Translations under genes and position numbers: made by a program
Notes under the pieces: generated by a model
Databases searched by the model: none
Told to the model about the DNA's origin: nothing
Seen by the model: the letters and a program-made list of their open reading frames with translations, nothing else
Part shown: piece by piece, positions 24,979-38,370 of the stretch
How positions within the stretch are numbered: position 1 is the first letter of the stretch
How the letters are laid out: each line of letters begins with the position of its first letter
Assembly (NCBI GenBank): GCA_951406725.2
Contig: OX597828.1
Location: 39,866,001-39,930,000 of the forward strand
DNA length: 64,000 nucleotides
Origin: Octopus vulgaris
Taxonomy: Eukaryota
Reading direction: 5' to 3'

Positions 24979-25873
24979 CAAGGTCTGATCAATAAGTATC
25001 TGGACTGTTGCCATAGTAGCAAAACTAAAGCATGCAGAGTGAAGCCACTTGGCACAGACTGACCTTGAACTCTGCTGTGCGTGTACATTAAGTTTTAATG
25101 TTCTAGCTCACTTACACTGTTTACAGCAGTACTTGGAAGGAAGGTGTGTAGCATGTGATCATTGCATTGACCTTGACAGAGAAAGTTGAGCAGAGAATCT
25201 GCACCAAATTTTTGCCAAAGACTTGGCAATACCTGCTCAGAGGCCTACACAAAGTTTTCAAATACTTTTCATTGTTCTTGACACAATCAAGGAGATCTTG
25301 TGCAGTTGAAACCCGAGTGTCTTCTTGGTCAGCTGAATGCAGTTTTGGCACAAACTTGACAGACACGCATCTCATACCCAAATCTTCAGTGATAATGGAC
25401 TGAACTGAACCGTAACTAATCTGCACATCCTCTGATAATTTACGGATGGTGATTCGATGATTTCCTCTCACAGATGCACACACATCTGCAAAGTTTTTCT
25501 TGGTTCTGCTGGTTGCAGGTCTCCCAGAATGTTCATCAATATTGTCGTTTTTTCGGCCATTTTGGAAACGTCTGAACCACTCTTACACTTGTGTGTGGTT
25601 CATACACTCCTCTCCATACACTTTCTGTAACTTTGCGTAGGCCTCTTGAGCAGGTATCACCACGACAACTTTCTCTTATGGTCAATGCGACTATCACACA
25701 TTACACATGTTACTTCAGAGTATTGTTGTAAGCAGTAGAAGTGAGCTAGATTGTTAAAACTTAGTGAACATGCACAGCAGAGGTCAAGGGCAATCTGTGC
25801 CTAGCGGCTTCACTCTGCGTGCTTTAGCTTTGTTACTATGACAACAGTCCGGACACTTATTGGTCAGACCTCG
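24979..25873 (-). mobile_element. Non-autonomous fold-back mariner derivative (895 bp) with ~250-280 bp inverted arms
   Basis: TA on both sides; arms 24979-25256 and 25629-25873 are diverged reverse complements; internal decayed transposase N-terminus (SGRP, RITIRKLSEDVQISYGSVQSIITEDLGMRCVSVKFVPKL). Confidence 0.9.
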
Positions 25874-26563
25874 TATATTGGGCAATATAGTTGTGGTAAA
25901 GAGTAACCATGCTGGTGCCATGTAAAGAACACCTGTGTGAGCACCATGTAAGAAGCACCTGTGCTGGCTCCACATATTGTGTGTATTAGTGACAAGTTGT
26001 CTTGAAATCACATGATAGTTGTAAATGAGTGTCACCATCATACAAGCGGTGTCCTTCATTTCCAATCTTCAGTAAAAACATGTCCAGCCAGAGGAAAATA
26101 TTACCTTAATTGGCAATGTGAAGGGCATCCATACACAGAAAATCTACCTCACTGAATTCCATGTAACCCACACAAGCATGCAACAGTGGACTTTGAGATG
26201 ATGGTGACGTATCTCATTATAGATCTTGTAGACTAATTGCCAACTAATTGTGTGACGGCATCGCAAATTTCACGAGTCTGTGGATAACATGGGAACAGTT
26301 TGCTACGGACGAAATAGTGTAAGAGAAGATGCCAAGTTATTCAGAGTTTTCAGATATAAATATTCTTGGTATGGAATAAGGCGGTGACCTGGCAGAATTG
26401 TTAGCATGGATGAAATTTTTGAGGCATTTCATCTGTCTTTACGTTCTGAGTTCAAATTCCATAATTTTATTGCCGAACCGCTAGGTTACGGGGACGTAAA
26501 CACACCAGCATCAGTTGTTAAGCAATGTTGGGGGGAGATAAACACAGACACACAAACACACAA

Positions 26564-26633
<70 letters not shown>

Positions 26634-26908
26634 GACAGGCTTCTTTCAGTAGTGGATTCTACTAGATCCATTCACAAGCTTTGGTCGGCCTGAGGCTATA
26701 GTAGAAGACACTTGCCCAAGGTGCCATGCAGTGGGACTGAACCCGGAACCATGTGGTTCATAAGCAAGCTACTTACCACACAGCTGCTCCTACTTGTTAT
26801 TAAAATGTGTTACATATTTTAGTTTATGATGCAACTAGCTTTAGCTATTTCATGTTTTTTTTTCCTTTTGTTTTTTAAAGTTTTTCTTTTGTGTGTTTAT
26901 TTTTCCAG

Positions 26909-27331
26909 ATGTTGGTTTATCTGTTCTACTTTTTGCCATATTATATATCCATGATAATCTTCCTTCTATCGACACAAACATCTTTAATTAGTTGGGTCAT
27001 AGATTTCTCGTTCATCCATGCCGGAGCCGCGGCTCAAGCCCAATTCTCTCACATCGGATCCTCTCTGCATTATCGAACACCTTACAGTCTACGAGTACCA
27101 CAGAGGACATCTCACTGGATTACCTTCTGGGGTATTAATCTCTCATTGCTTATGGTACCACAACTGTTTATGATTTACTGCCAATCCAAAGTCGTGCCAA
27201 TTGTGGAAGAAGAAGGTCCTGATATAAAAAGATCAATGGCAACGATGAACAGTCAAGAATCGCTGGATGCTATTGATCGACTTGTTGAGAATGCTTCCAG
27301 AAACCGAAAAATTGCTTTGCAACCTAAGTGA
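26909..27331 (+). CDS. TM6SF1: TM6SF-like coding exon 7 (last, stop TGA)
   Basis: Acceptor TTTTCCAG| at 26908; MLVYLFYFLPYY...IHAGAAAQAQFSHIGSSLHYRTPYSLRVP...VPQL matches IHAGxxAQAQFSHIGxSLHxRT; TGA 27329-27331. Confidence 0.97.
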   Translation: MLVYLFYFLPYYISMIIFLLSTQTSLISWVIDFSFIHAGAAAQAQFSHIGSSLHYRTPYSLRVPQRTSHWITFWGINLSLLMVPQLFMIYCQSKVVPIVEEEGPDIKRSMATMNSQESLDAIDRLVENASRNRKIALQPK

Positions 27332-28599
27332 TGCTAAAAGTAAAGGTTTTGCTATCTTAAGACATTCCATTTTGAGCACAATTACAATGTCATTTTCTAT
27401 ATACAAGCTTTATTATTTTTATTTTGTTTTTAATACCTTCAGAGAAAATTTTAATTTTTGTTTTTGTTATTAACACAGTAGCCCTAGTTTAAAGGTCAAT
27501 ATTTCAAAAAGAAATATTTTAGACCATTCTATTTTAAGCCCTACCAATTTATTTTTTGGTTGATTTTTGTGATTTCAAAAATTTTTTTATTTGTAATTTA
27601 TACATTCAAGATGAGCCTCATGTTTTCTGAGGCTGAAATATCAATATTCTTAACTTTTACTGAAATATTTGGTTTAAACTTTTTACTGTCTGATATTAAA
27701 GTATTTTGAATATATGGACATATCAGAACATTTTTTATTCTTATAGTAATGAATTTCCAAGAATATCTCTGTTACCAAATATAAACTATGGTGAAAGGAA
27801 GTTTTAGCTTATATTTGTTCAGAACTGTTTTTTTTTTTTTTCAATTCATTTTTTTTTTTTTAGAATTTTGTAAATAAATAAATTCATGCTTGAATCCATG
27901 TAAAATGTTGAGCTTTAAAAGTTTCACTTAAAATAACAGTTCCATGGCTAAATCAAATCTTCTGCTACTCTGCAAATAATTATAGTCACAGAAATATATT
28001 CATAACTGATTTCAGTTATTTTAAATATTCAAATATTCTCTATTTTGAAATGTATATTTTGGCTTTTCAATCAATGTTGCTCCAGCATGGCCTTAGCAAT
28101 ATGCCTACACATTTTCACAATATTTTTCTTTTTAATGAAGAATAAAATGTAAATAAAATGTTTGAAAGAGTGAGGAACTTGCTGATCCATGAAAAAAATA
28201 TATATGTGACTGAAATGGAGATATGACAAGTTTCTTGATGCTTTCTTTAAAGAAGTGTTTTATTATTAAAAGAAAAAGCCTACTCAGAACTCACCCTTTT
28301 TTTAGGCTGCATGTTATATTTCCAACTTCTTTTTAACACCAAGAAAAAAAAAATTACCATCTCTAAAGTGGTTCATAAATTATTGTGTGGCAGCTCAATG
28401 AATAATTTTTCAGATTTTGTAAATCTTGCACAGATATTATATATCTTTTATATATATTCATTGAAACTTTTGCCAAGAAGTTATTAATTTTGCAAATGAC
28501 TTTTCTAATGCAACACATTATCGGTGCTTGTCACAATCAACTATTTATCTATTTTACTCTTTCTGTCTTCTGTAATTTTACAAGCCCTTTCATTCACAT

Positions 28600-29200
28600 T
28601 CTACACCGCTTCTGTTATTCTGTGATAATAACTCAGTATTCAGCAAACACTGTATTTATTCTGAATTTAATCTTAACTTTGCCTTCAAACATCTACAAAT
28701 TTGATAAATCTTTTTATTACCTCTCCATAAAATCTTCCCAATTCAATATCATCACTTTATAGAAAAGAATATGTGGATGCTTCCAAAGCTGGTTCTTATT
28801 CTGTTCTGATTTACAAACGTGCATGCCTTGTTCCACCAAGAAAAATATCTGACACCTCCAGATGTTACTCAGTTGATGTACCTTTAATGATCCTAAACAT
28901 ACTTAAACTATTATTAAGTACTAATTGCCTTGCAAACCATTATCTCTCCATATTTTTAATGTCTGTCAGTCTTAACCATCATAAACATAAAAAAATCAAG
29001 AAAACCCTGTTATATATTACTAACATGGAATCTTAGATCTCAAATGTGTTAGCCTGAATAACAAAAACCAAGAATTGGGTCTTCAGATCAAAGAAAATCT
29101 CTTTTCTCTTGATAAACATCAATCAAAAAATGCTCTAATTTAATAACTAGCATATTATAAATATACTATAATTGGTGCCAGATCAAATAGGCTTGATATA
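28600..29200 (+). mobile_element. Possible highly decayed LINE RT remnant
   Basis: Faint resemblance of YKRACLVPPRKISDTSRCYSVDVP to the WKxAxVxPxxKxxDxSNYRPI region of LINE RT. Confidence 0.3.
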
Positions 29201-29918
29201 TATTTGAATCTGTAAAAAAGCTTTTCTCTGCAGTTTGCCATGGAGAAAAAATTCTCTCTTGAGAGAAAAAAGTGTAAAACATATCAGCTCAGAGTATTCT
29301 CCATAGGACTGTTAAATACATTTTTTTAACTAATTTTTTTTTCTCACCGGTACTAGATATCAAAGAGAGGCAACTCTGAAGTGATTAAAAATCTTAGCTT
29401 CACTTTAAAAAAAAAGTCAAAGCTATTGACTGTTGGTGTATATGTTGGTGTAGCAATTTCATAAGTAGATGTGTGAAACAGTAATTGAGAATAAGCAAAC
29501 TTGATACTAGTTCAAATACGTTTGAGAGATATTGAACCCTTGAAAGGTTTTTCACTGCAGTTTGTCATGGAGAAAAAAAATTCTCTTTGAGACAAGAAAG
29601 TGTAAAACTATAAAATATTACAAAATTTAATTACTTTGTAATTATAATATTGCTTTCATGTAACTATTAGTGTTGTATCAGGCTAAGTAGTTAAGAGGCT
29701 AATTTGCGTTCAGTGGTTTGCTTTGCTGTGTCCCTGGAAAAAAGACAGCTCTCAATTTGTCCACTCTTTCTAGACATGAGCAGCTACCATGTGTTGCAGC
29801 ATTACCTGTAAAATTTAATTTCAATGCAATTAGAAATGTAATTAATTTTTATTTAAAGTTAAAACAATTCCAGTTATAAGGAACCATGCAAGCTGATGGT
29901 TTGTACTTTTATTTTTTC

Positions 29919-29958
29919 ATTTCAATATTTCGGGGTTAGGCTATCCTCTTCAGGAAAT
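29919..29958 (-). ncRNA. Minimal type I hammerhead ribozyme motif (Penelope-like element associated)
   Basis: RNA AUUUC-CUGAAGA-GG(11 nt)CC-GAAA-UAU-U-GAAAU: intact CUGANGA/GAAA core, 5-bp stem I, 2-bp stem II, palindromic AUAU stem III, AUU cleavage triplet. Confidence 0.6.
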
Positions 29959-32900
29959 TTTCAGAGATAGGATGCTGTGAGCTGATTTCTCTGCTCTGAA
30001 GTGTGTGTAATTAGAAACATATTACCATCCCACGGATACGTTATACTGATTATATTTAAGCAATTGGCATATGATGGTTCAGTAGTCATTGTGCTTACTT
30101 ACTGACCAAAGTACCATGAATATACCATAACCCCAATTTACTGCTAATTAACCATAAAAATCATTTTTTTTTACCTCATTCGAATCCTCCTGCTATCTCA
30201 CTCTTTCATAACATCTTGCTAGCTAGTCAGTATTAGCTGTTACTAATATTGTGTTATATCTTTTGGTTTAGTGTGTTATTCTTATGTAGCTCAGTCAAGT
30301 ATGGTTAAATATCAAAGTAGGACCTATTTCTGTTTAGGGAGCTCACCCAACTGTGAAATTTTCATTCCAATGTCAATAACTAGTATAAAACATTCAGACA
30401 GTCTCTGCTCCTAGGGAAGATAGAAAATCCTAAATAATTCTAAAATGAAAGGAAAAAAATTACATGATAAAAAGATTTCAAGGTGGAGCTAGTGTAAGTG
30501 TTTGATTTTGTTATTTCATTATTAAGAAGTTTGCTGCTTTTTTTTTTTGCGTTTTTTGATTTTGTAAATAAATTTTTTATAAAACTGTTTTAGTGTTTTT
30601 ATTCCAAGCAGTGATGGAAATGTTTCTGAAATTAATTCTGTATTATGATTATTTGTGCTAAATTTATTAAACTAGTAGGAACATGACAAAAAGTAAATGA
30701 TAAAGAGTTGATACAAATTAACTATAAAAACTCAGACAATACTGTATATCTGTGGACCCTCTCTTTCATTTAATAATTTGAAAGTTTATTTCTTTAATGA
30801 ATGATACAAAAACGCCCTCTCCCTCCTTTTTATTTGGCTTTGTACAGTATTTCTATCTCAACTACTGTATTTGCTGGCATATAAGATACATCCTCTCATG
30901 AGATGCACTTCTATTTCACATGGATATTTTATGAGAAAAACAAATTCACTGTGTTTCATCAAACACTCATTAGAAGATATTTCAAAGTGGTTTTATGGGA
31001 GAAAATGTATGATTCTATTACGACAGTATACTGAATAAAGTATGAAACCATAAATTTATCATAAATAGACTACATTATGGGAGTACCATATTTCAGTTTT
31101 ATCTTTCAGATTGACCATATAGTTTATATTTTCATCGAGAGAATTCCACATAGGATGTAAAACTTGTATGTTTGGTTATGATGTTTTGTGTTGCTGTGAT
31201 CAGCCACTAGGGTGGTATACCACTGCTATTGTTTTGTTGTTATCCACTTGTTGCAAATTGCTGATAAGTGGATGAAAATTTAACATTCCTTTAATCTTTC
31301 TAAGAGAAATTTTCATTTAGAAAATCGAAGATAAATGTTTCTAAAAAGCAATACATTCATTAAATAAGGTAAGGCACATATCAGGTGTGAATTATGTATC
31401 CTGAGGAAGGATGAATCATGATATGAAGTGACTTTCTTATTTAACTGCTGATGTACTGTGAACAATTTTTCAACAGTCTGTGATAATTTGGCTTTTCTCA
31501 GTATTTTAGTATTAGTAACTTATGGTTCCCTAGCTTATAACACTTGGTCTCCCATCCATAATATGGTGACATTAGTTGCAAGGTAATTTTTTTTATTTAT
31601 TAAGCAAAAAAAAAAAAAAATAATAAAAAAATTTATAAGCCAGCAAATATGATTCTTCTTTATTTTGTTTTCATAAATAGTATCAAATATTATATGACAA
31701 TGAGAACAATTTCACTGGCTTCTTGAAACACATTTTCTCTTGTACCTGACAATTGATGTGTGTGTGTTTATGTGTATGCGCAGGGGTAAAATTCCATCAA
31801 TGGGGTGTAGACCATTCTTCTAATTTTCACTCACATAACAGTCCACCTACCACACTCTCCTCTCAAATTGAACACTTTAAAAAAAAAAATCTGCTATTTT
31901 AACTAAATTAGCTCATCCCATATCTAACTTGTTTCACCGATTATTCATCAGTCACTCCAGACTAGCACGGTTAGTGATCTACTCATGTCTAACATGGGCA
32001 AAATGTTCCACTTAGGTTTTAATGTCTACAAGAACTAACATCATGAATTAACATATTGCAAATTAATGTTAATTTTACAACTTTGATTTTTTTTTTTCTT
32101 GTTTCTCCTTTCCTTTTTTTTATAATTTTTTTTTTTTGTAAAATGGAAATAAAAGTGCTTTGATATATATTGCTTTGTCCACTTGAATCTCTTCACGTTT
32201 GAAATAACTTTACAAGCATGGTGATGGTGTTTCTATAAATTTCAGATTTTTTTCACTGACTTCAGTAACTTCAACTACGACGCTAGAATTTTACAATGTA
32301 AGGAAAGATAACTCATATTATCCAAGTATTTTTTTAGCTTTCATAATTCTCTCCCTTCATCATATTTATTTTTTCTTTTAAATAAAAGTTTTAAACGAGT
32401 TCCAAGGATACTGAACTCTTCCCAATTTTTTGGGATAGGGGCACACTAGTGATTTGGCTGTTCATTATTTTCCCCATCTCCCTTGAAGGGTTTCAAATTG
32501 GATTACAGTACTCCTGCTACTTAGTGCAAATATACCTTACCATACCTCAGGCACACGAGGGGGCTATGGGGTGCTCAGCGCCTCCAGTTAGAGTCTCAGC
32601 TCCTCCACCCCAGTATGAGAATTTGTTTTATCTACATTTTCATAAGCAATATCTGAAGTCGCTAAAGATGCAATAAATTAAATTTTTTTTATTTAGTAGG
32701 TACAGCTCTGTCTGGCACCTGTGCGGGTGGCACGTAAAAAGCACCCACTACACTCACAGAGTGGTTGGCGTTAGGAAGGGCATCCAGCCGTAGAAACACT
32801 GCCAGATCTGACTGGGCCTGATGAAGCCTTCCAGCTTCACAGACCCCAGTTGAACCGTCCAACCCATGCTAGCATGGAAAACGGACGCTAAATGATGATG

Positions 32901-33889
32901 ATGATGATGATAGGTAGTGATATGAAAATGTGGGTAATTTAGAGCTGGTCAAAGTGTTTGTTGTAGCTGTAATTGTTGTCGCAGAATTTGGCTGCTGATC
33001 CGGTCATCAACTGTGGGTTGAATTAAGGAGTGGGTAATGCTGGGTCAGATATTGGGTGACCACATTGACATTATGGTATTGTAAATGTTTGGATATTGTG
33101 TGTATGTGTTTTGAAGTGGATCGTAATGATTTAACTAATCACAATTTACTTGAAAATGCTATCTGACAATGATAGCTTTTGTCTTAGTTTGTTCTTTCTC
33201 ATGTGCTGTCAAACAGAACAGAAATTGAGAAGGAACATTTATCACTGATGGCACATGAAAAAAAGTTTGAGCGAGGTCGTTGCCAGTGCCGTTGGACTGG
33301 CTCCTGTGCAGGTGGCACATAAAAAGCACCAATTGAGTGTGGCCGTTGCCAGTACCACCTGACTGGCCCTCGTGCCAGTGGCACGTAAAAGCACCCACTA
33401 CACTCTCGGAGTGGTTGGCATTAGGAAGGGCATCCAGCTGTAGAAACTCTAGCAGATCAGATTGGAATCTGGTTCGCCAGACCTCAGTCAAATCATCCAA
33501 CCCATGCTAGCATGGAAAGCGGACATTAAACAATGATGATGATGATGATGCGCATACACCTAACACATCCATCAACCCACCAAAGAACCCAGCATCATCA
33601 TTCGTAAGTAAATATGACTTGATAAGATGTAGCATGGTTTACCCTAGTTGTTTTGGGTGTCTGTGTCATTGAGAGCAGATGTAGACAGCCTGTTGGCCCT
33701 CCCACCCGGAGCCAAGTAGAAAAGCTAGAATGTGTTGGCTGGAGAGATAGATACAGAAAGAGAGAGAGAGAGAAAGGGGGTGGCTGCACCATCATCCAGG
33801 TGGTACACATTACAACTGAATGAAATGAAGTGCAATGCATCACCTAGTCAAGGAATTGAACCCATGATGGTGAATTCAACAATCTAAGG

Positions 33890-34210
33890 ATTGGGAAATG
33901 CCATAAATAATGTTTTTTTTTTTTATACTTCCTTTATTTTTCAAAATTAAGATAAACAAAGTTCTTCTTTAATCTAAACTATACTCCCCTTCATTTTCTA
34001 CAATGCTCTTCCATCTATCTGATAGACGTACAAAGCCCCTCATCCAAAATTCACTTGTCCGTAATGAAAAATACTCCTCCAGTACTGTTCTGACCTCTTC
34101 TACAGAATTCATATTTTTTCCATCCAAATGATTTTGAAGACTGCGGAATAAATGATAATCAGATGGGGAAATGTCTGGTGAATATGGTGGGTGGGGCATT
34201 GTTTCCCATA
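33890..34210 (-). mobile_element. Mariner transposase C-terminal fragment with 3' end
   Basis: WETMPHPPYSPDISPSDYHLFRSLQNHL...RWKSIVENEGEY (YSPDLAP motif); truncated at a TA microsatellite. Confidence 0.92.
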
Positions 34211-34451
34211 TACATATATACATTATATATAGATATATATCTATATATATACCAGCTACATGGTTTTGGGTTCAGTCTCATCGCATGGCACTTTGGGCAA
34301 GTGTCTTCTGCTATAGCCCCGGGCTGACCACAGCTTTGTGATTAAATTTGGCAGGCGGAAGTTACTGCCGTGTGTGTATATGTATGTGTAGGTGCTTGTG
34401 CCTCTCCAAGAGAGAGAGAGAGGGATATATATATATATATACATACATTTT

Positions 34452-34482
<31 letters not shown>

Positions 34483-37209
34483 CGTGGAGGCGCAATGGCC
34501 TAGTGGTTAGGGCAGCGGACTCGCGGTTTCGATTCCCAGATCGAGCGTTGTGAGTGTTTATTGAGCGAAAACACCTACGAAAGCTCCACGAGGCTCCGGC
34601 AGGGGGTGGTGATCCCTGCTGTACTCTTTCTTCTGTCGGCCTACTCGCTTAGCCAGCAGGGTGGCGTCATTCGAAGGCTAAAAAACAATGCGAACGCATT
34701 GTGACCAGCGATGTGTAACTATATCTGATGGTCTGGTCGGTCACGTGATTAGATGTGATATATATATATATATACATACACACACATATATAGTTTTTAA
34801 GCTTTACAGCTGGTAATACTATTATTTCAGTATTAATGACTAAACATGAAATGAGATCTTGTCAGTCCTTTGGTTGGTTCACTGTGTCTCTCTCAGCATT
34901 GGTTATATGCTTACAATTTCACAGCAGATGTAAATGTTTCTGGAAAGCACTAATGTTGCATACTGATCCTATTGCCTGCATCTCCTATCACAGCGAATAC
35001 GACCAGCTGCCACTACTCTAATTTATGACACAAACCTACTAGTCTCATGTAAGTTCCCTTCCTCCTACTTATACAAATTCACACACTGCAAAGAGGCCCA
35101 CCAACCACCCCTAAATTCCCCACTTCCTTTTGTTACTGTTTAGCATCCTTTGTAGTATCACGCAGTGAATGCAACATGATTCTGCATGGGATGGGCAAAA
35201 TGTCTGCATTAACTTGACAAAGTAGCTCTGAATGAATTTTGCACAGGGATCTGGTCACTGCAAGCTACATTGAAATCAACCGCATTATTCCGACTATGAT
35301 TCCATTCTACAGTTGGCTTCCCGTTATTCTCCTTCTAGGAATTTACATGAGCCAAGCAAACCCCACCAGGCTACCACATAACCTGCCTCTGTTTCTACAA
35401 ATGAGGGAGGCAGAGATTATAGTTCATTGTGAATGTGACTTGACAGTAATTCTGAATAAAATTCTCTATGGCAGCAACAAGAAGAACATTGCACAAACTA
35501 GCAGAACAGTATAACAGTATTTCTGAATAATATTCTGTATGGAGGATATATGGCTTCTTGTTTATAGTGAAGACAAATTATTTAAAGAGAACAACTTCAA
35601 ATAACAATATGCATTTAGGAAATGTAGGATTTGCAAAGGCAACTCTTCCAGGAGACCAGTAATAGAAATTGGTAAAAACTGATAATGCAGAGGGGATGGT
35701 TTAATCTTGACAAAACGATTTCTCTAGCATTGGTAAGGTGATTGAAAAAATGCAAAGCAAGATGTAAAATAGATGGTGATAGGAAGAGTGTCCAACCAAT
35801 AAAATTAAGCAAAAACTGTGACAATTGCAAATACAATGAGAAACTCATATAAAATTCACCAACCATGATAATGAGGTCACTGGCTATCATTAATGAGACA
35901 ATTTGGAAGAAGGTCTTGTAGAAGTGGTCTATTTATTTAACTGTCAATTCTGATTGTGTTGCATAAGCTTACTATGACAGCACTGTGCACAGTAGTGGTG
36001 GGAGTCAGGTAAGGAAGATCTAGTCATATTTAAGAACTCCTTCTCTATCATCACACAATGGCACAAACTATCTTCATTTTTGGAGACAATCAACTTCCCA
36101 CCAGAAGATCCCTTCTTGTTAAGTAACCTCCACCCCTAAAGAAACTCTTCAAAGTTGTCGTCATTCAGTGTTGGTAAGTAAAATGTTAGTCTGGAGAAAT
36201 TGTAGAGAAACTAACATGAAGAAGAGTAGACATGTGTGTTTTGTATAAGAAGCAAGATGGTGGAAAGCCTCAACCAGACTGCTTACAATCAATATAGAGG
36301 TGAGCCTCAGCTAGACTCCTTATGAGTAAAGGACACAGGCAAAATTGAGGTAGTCAGAGTATGTGACAGAATAATAAAGGCTTGAATAGTTGGGGGATAG
36401 CAACATGATAATTCTTCCTACAGTTAAACAAATGGCAGACTGAAACTGAATAGAAGCCTATTGCCTATTGTATGTATGTATAAACATACATATATATATA
36501 TATATAATAAGAGATCCCTTATTTGATAAACAGGTAAGGGTTAGCATCAAGAAGGGCATCTATATATAAAATAATACCTCAGTAATGTGTTCAACTAATT
36601 CCTGCAAGCATGGAAAAATGGATGTAAAAACAAATGAATGAACGTGTGTGTAATTATTATACATGTGTTATCTCTCTATCTATCTATCAATATCTCTCTC
36701 TCTCTCAATATATATATAACACGAGTGAAAGTCTAGGGTGGATGATTAATAAAATTTTGTTCCATAATTTCCCTAAGACAAGATGATATCACTGTGTTGA
36801 AACCCTATGAATAATTTATCATTGGTATTTGAAACATTTTCAATCAAATTTGATTCTGTTTGCAATGAATCAAAATTTCCACTCTTCTTTTTAGTGATTC
36901 TTGTTGTTGGACCAAGATGTAACATTTTTCCCAGAAGCAGTATCTAGATATCTGAGTGATGAGGATATTTTCAAATTACTAGACCTTCAATTTCCAGATG
37001 ATAAGTGGTGACAATGATGATTATTTATGAATTTGAAGGAGTATATATGTTGATTGAATCTACTTTACAAAGTATGTTCTGTGAGTCCAATGCTGTTTCT
37101 GTGAATACCATTACTGATTACATAATGGCTTTGTATATCACTGCCTTAAGATGCTGTGATTGATATAGTGGGTAATTCTGCTTGGATCTGAAATTATAAG
37201 TTAACTTTT

Positions 37210-37545
37210 GAGATCTTGAACTACATCCTCAATATTTGGTGGCTGGACAACATTTCAAACAGAAGTCTGTAGGGTATAAAACGAGCCAAACTCCCATCAA
37301 GAAATTTTGAAAAGGAAAGGGGACAGGATTGGAGATGACCTCTAAGCAGCATTGCAAGACAAGTGTTAGACTGGGAACCCAAAGGAAAGAGGAATGTTGG
37401 ATGACCTAAGAAGACCTGGAAAGAATGTTTGGAGAACAAAGGGAAAACAATCAATCTCTCTTGGCCTGAAATCAAAGAGGTTGCTCAAGATTACTTCCAC
37501 TTGCATGAAATGGTTACAACCCTATGCTCCTTATGGAGTAATGTG
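37210..37545 (+). mobile_element. Decayed RTE-clade LINE 3' fragment
   Basis: Manual translation ILNIWWLDNISN and SIARQVLDWEPKGKRNVG*PKKTW, typical of the RTE ORF C-terminus. Confidence 0.75.
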
Positions 37546-38339
37546 GACTAATCATTTTGGGATGGAGTATAGCAGGTAAGGGTTGGTTGGGTATGTGTTT
37601 TCAATTGTGTGGTACGTTGTAAGAAGCAATATTATCTAAAGAGCTAAAATGCTGAAAATGCTGTTTTGTGATGGATGCTTCTGACAACCCAATTCTTTAA
37701 GTTGCTTTTTTGTTGTGTAGTATTGTAATGGTGAGTGGGAGACATGGCTGAAATCCTTGGTACTTATTTTATTGACTCTGAAAAAAATAAAAGGCAAAGT
37801 TATTTCATTGGTAGTATTTGAATGCAGGATGGAAAAGGACTTAACAATAGTATTTTGTAGCCAATGCTCAGCTCTGTCAATTCCGTCATTTGGTGCTCTT
37901 TGTAGGAATAAAAGAATAAATAAAGTTCTATTTTAGAATGAAAACACCTTTCAAAATTTGTCTAAAAGGGATCATTTTACTTAACTGTGCTAGATTAAGG
38001 TTTGTAATTGTAGAGCAAATCTGGAAAAAAAAATGAGTGTAAATTTGGAAGTAAAAATTAAATGGATGTTATGGTGGTTCATAAAGTAGACTTTTATCAA
38101 AAATGATTGATAATGTGAAGAATAGGTTTTCTTTTACTTCTTTTACTTGTTCCAGTCATTTGACTGCGGCCATGCTGGAGCACCGCCTTTAGTCGAGCAA
38201 ATCGACCCCGGGACTTATTCTTTGTAAGCCCAGTACTTATTCTATCAGTCTCTTTTTGCCGAACCGCTAAGTGACGGGGACGTAAACACGCCAGCATCGG
38301 TTGTCAAGCAATGCTAGGGGGACAAACACAGACACACAA

Positions 38340-38370
<31 letters not shown>

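Larger units (their letters stand above)
27332..32170 (+). other. Probable long 3' UTR of the TM6SF-like gene with several AATAAA signals
   Basis: T-rich, free of young SINEs for about 5 kb; AATAAA at 27873, 28141, 30567, 32148. Confidence 0.5.

Noticed and set aside
31920-31960. Minus-strand CUGAUGA...GAAAC..GUU hammerhead-like core
   Set aside because: No stem I pairing, stem II only A-U/U-G, stem III not palindromic; probably chance
34485-34560. tRNA-like sequences with A and B boxes (also 50360, 56561, 22073)
   Set aside because: SINE heads continuing into SINE bodies, without complete cloverleaf and acceptor stem
35600-36100. Possible LINE endonuclease remnant (IIMVGEF); similar vague remnants at 14200-14640 and 19180-19700
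   Set aside because: Too degenerate to support without a profile search
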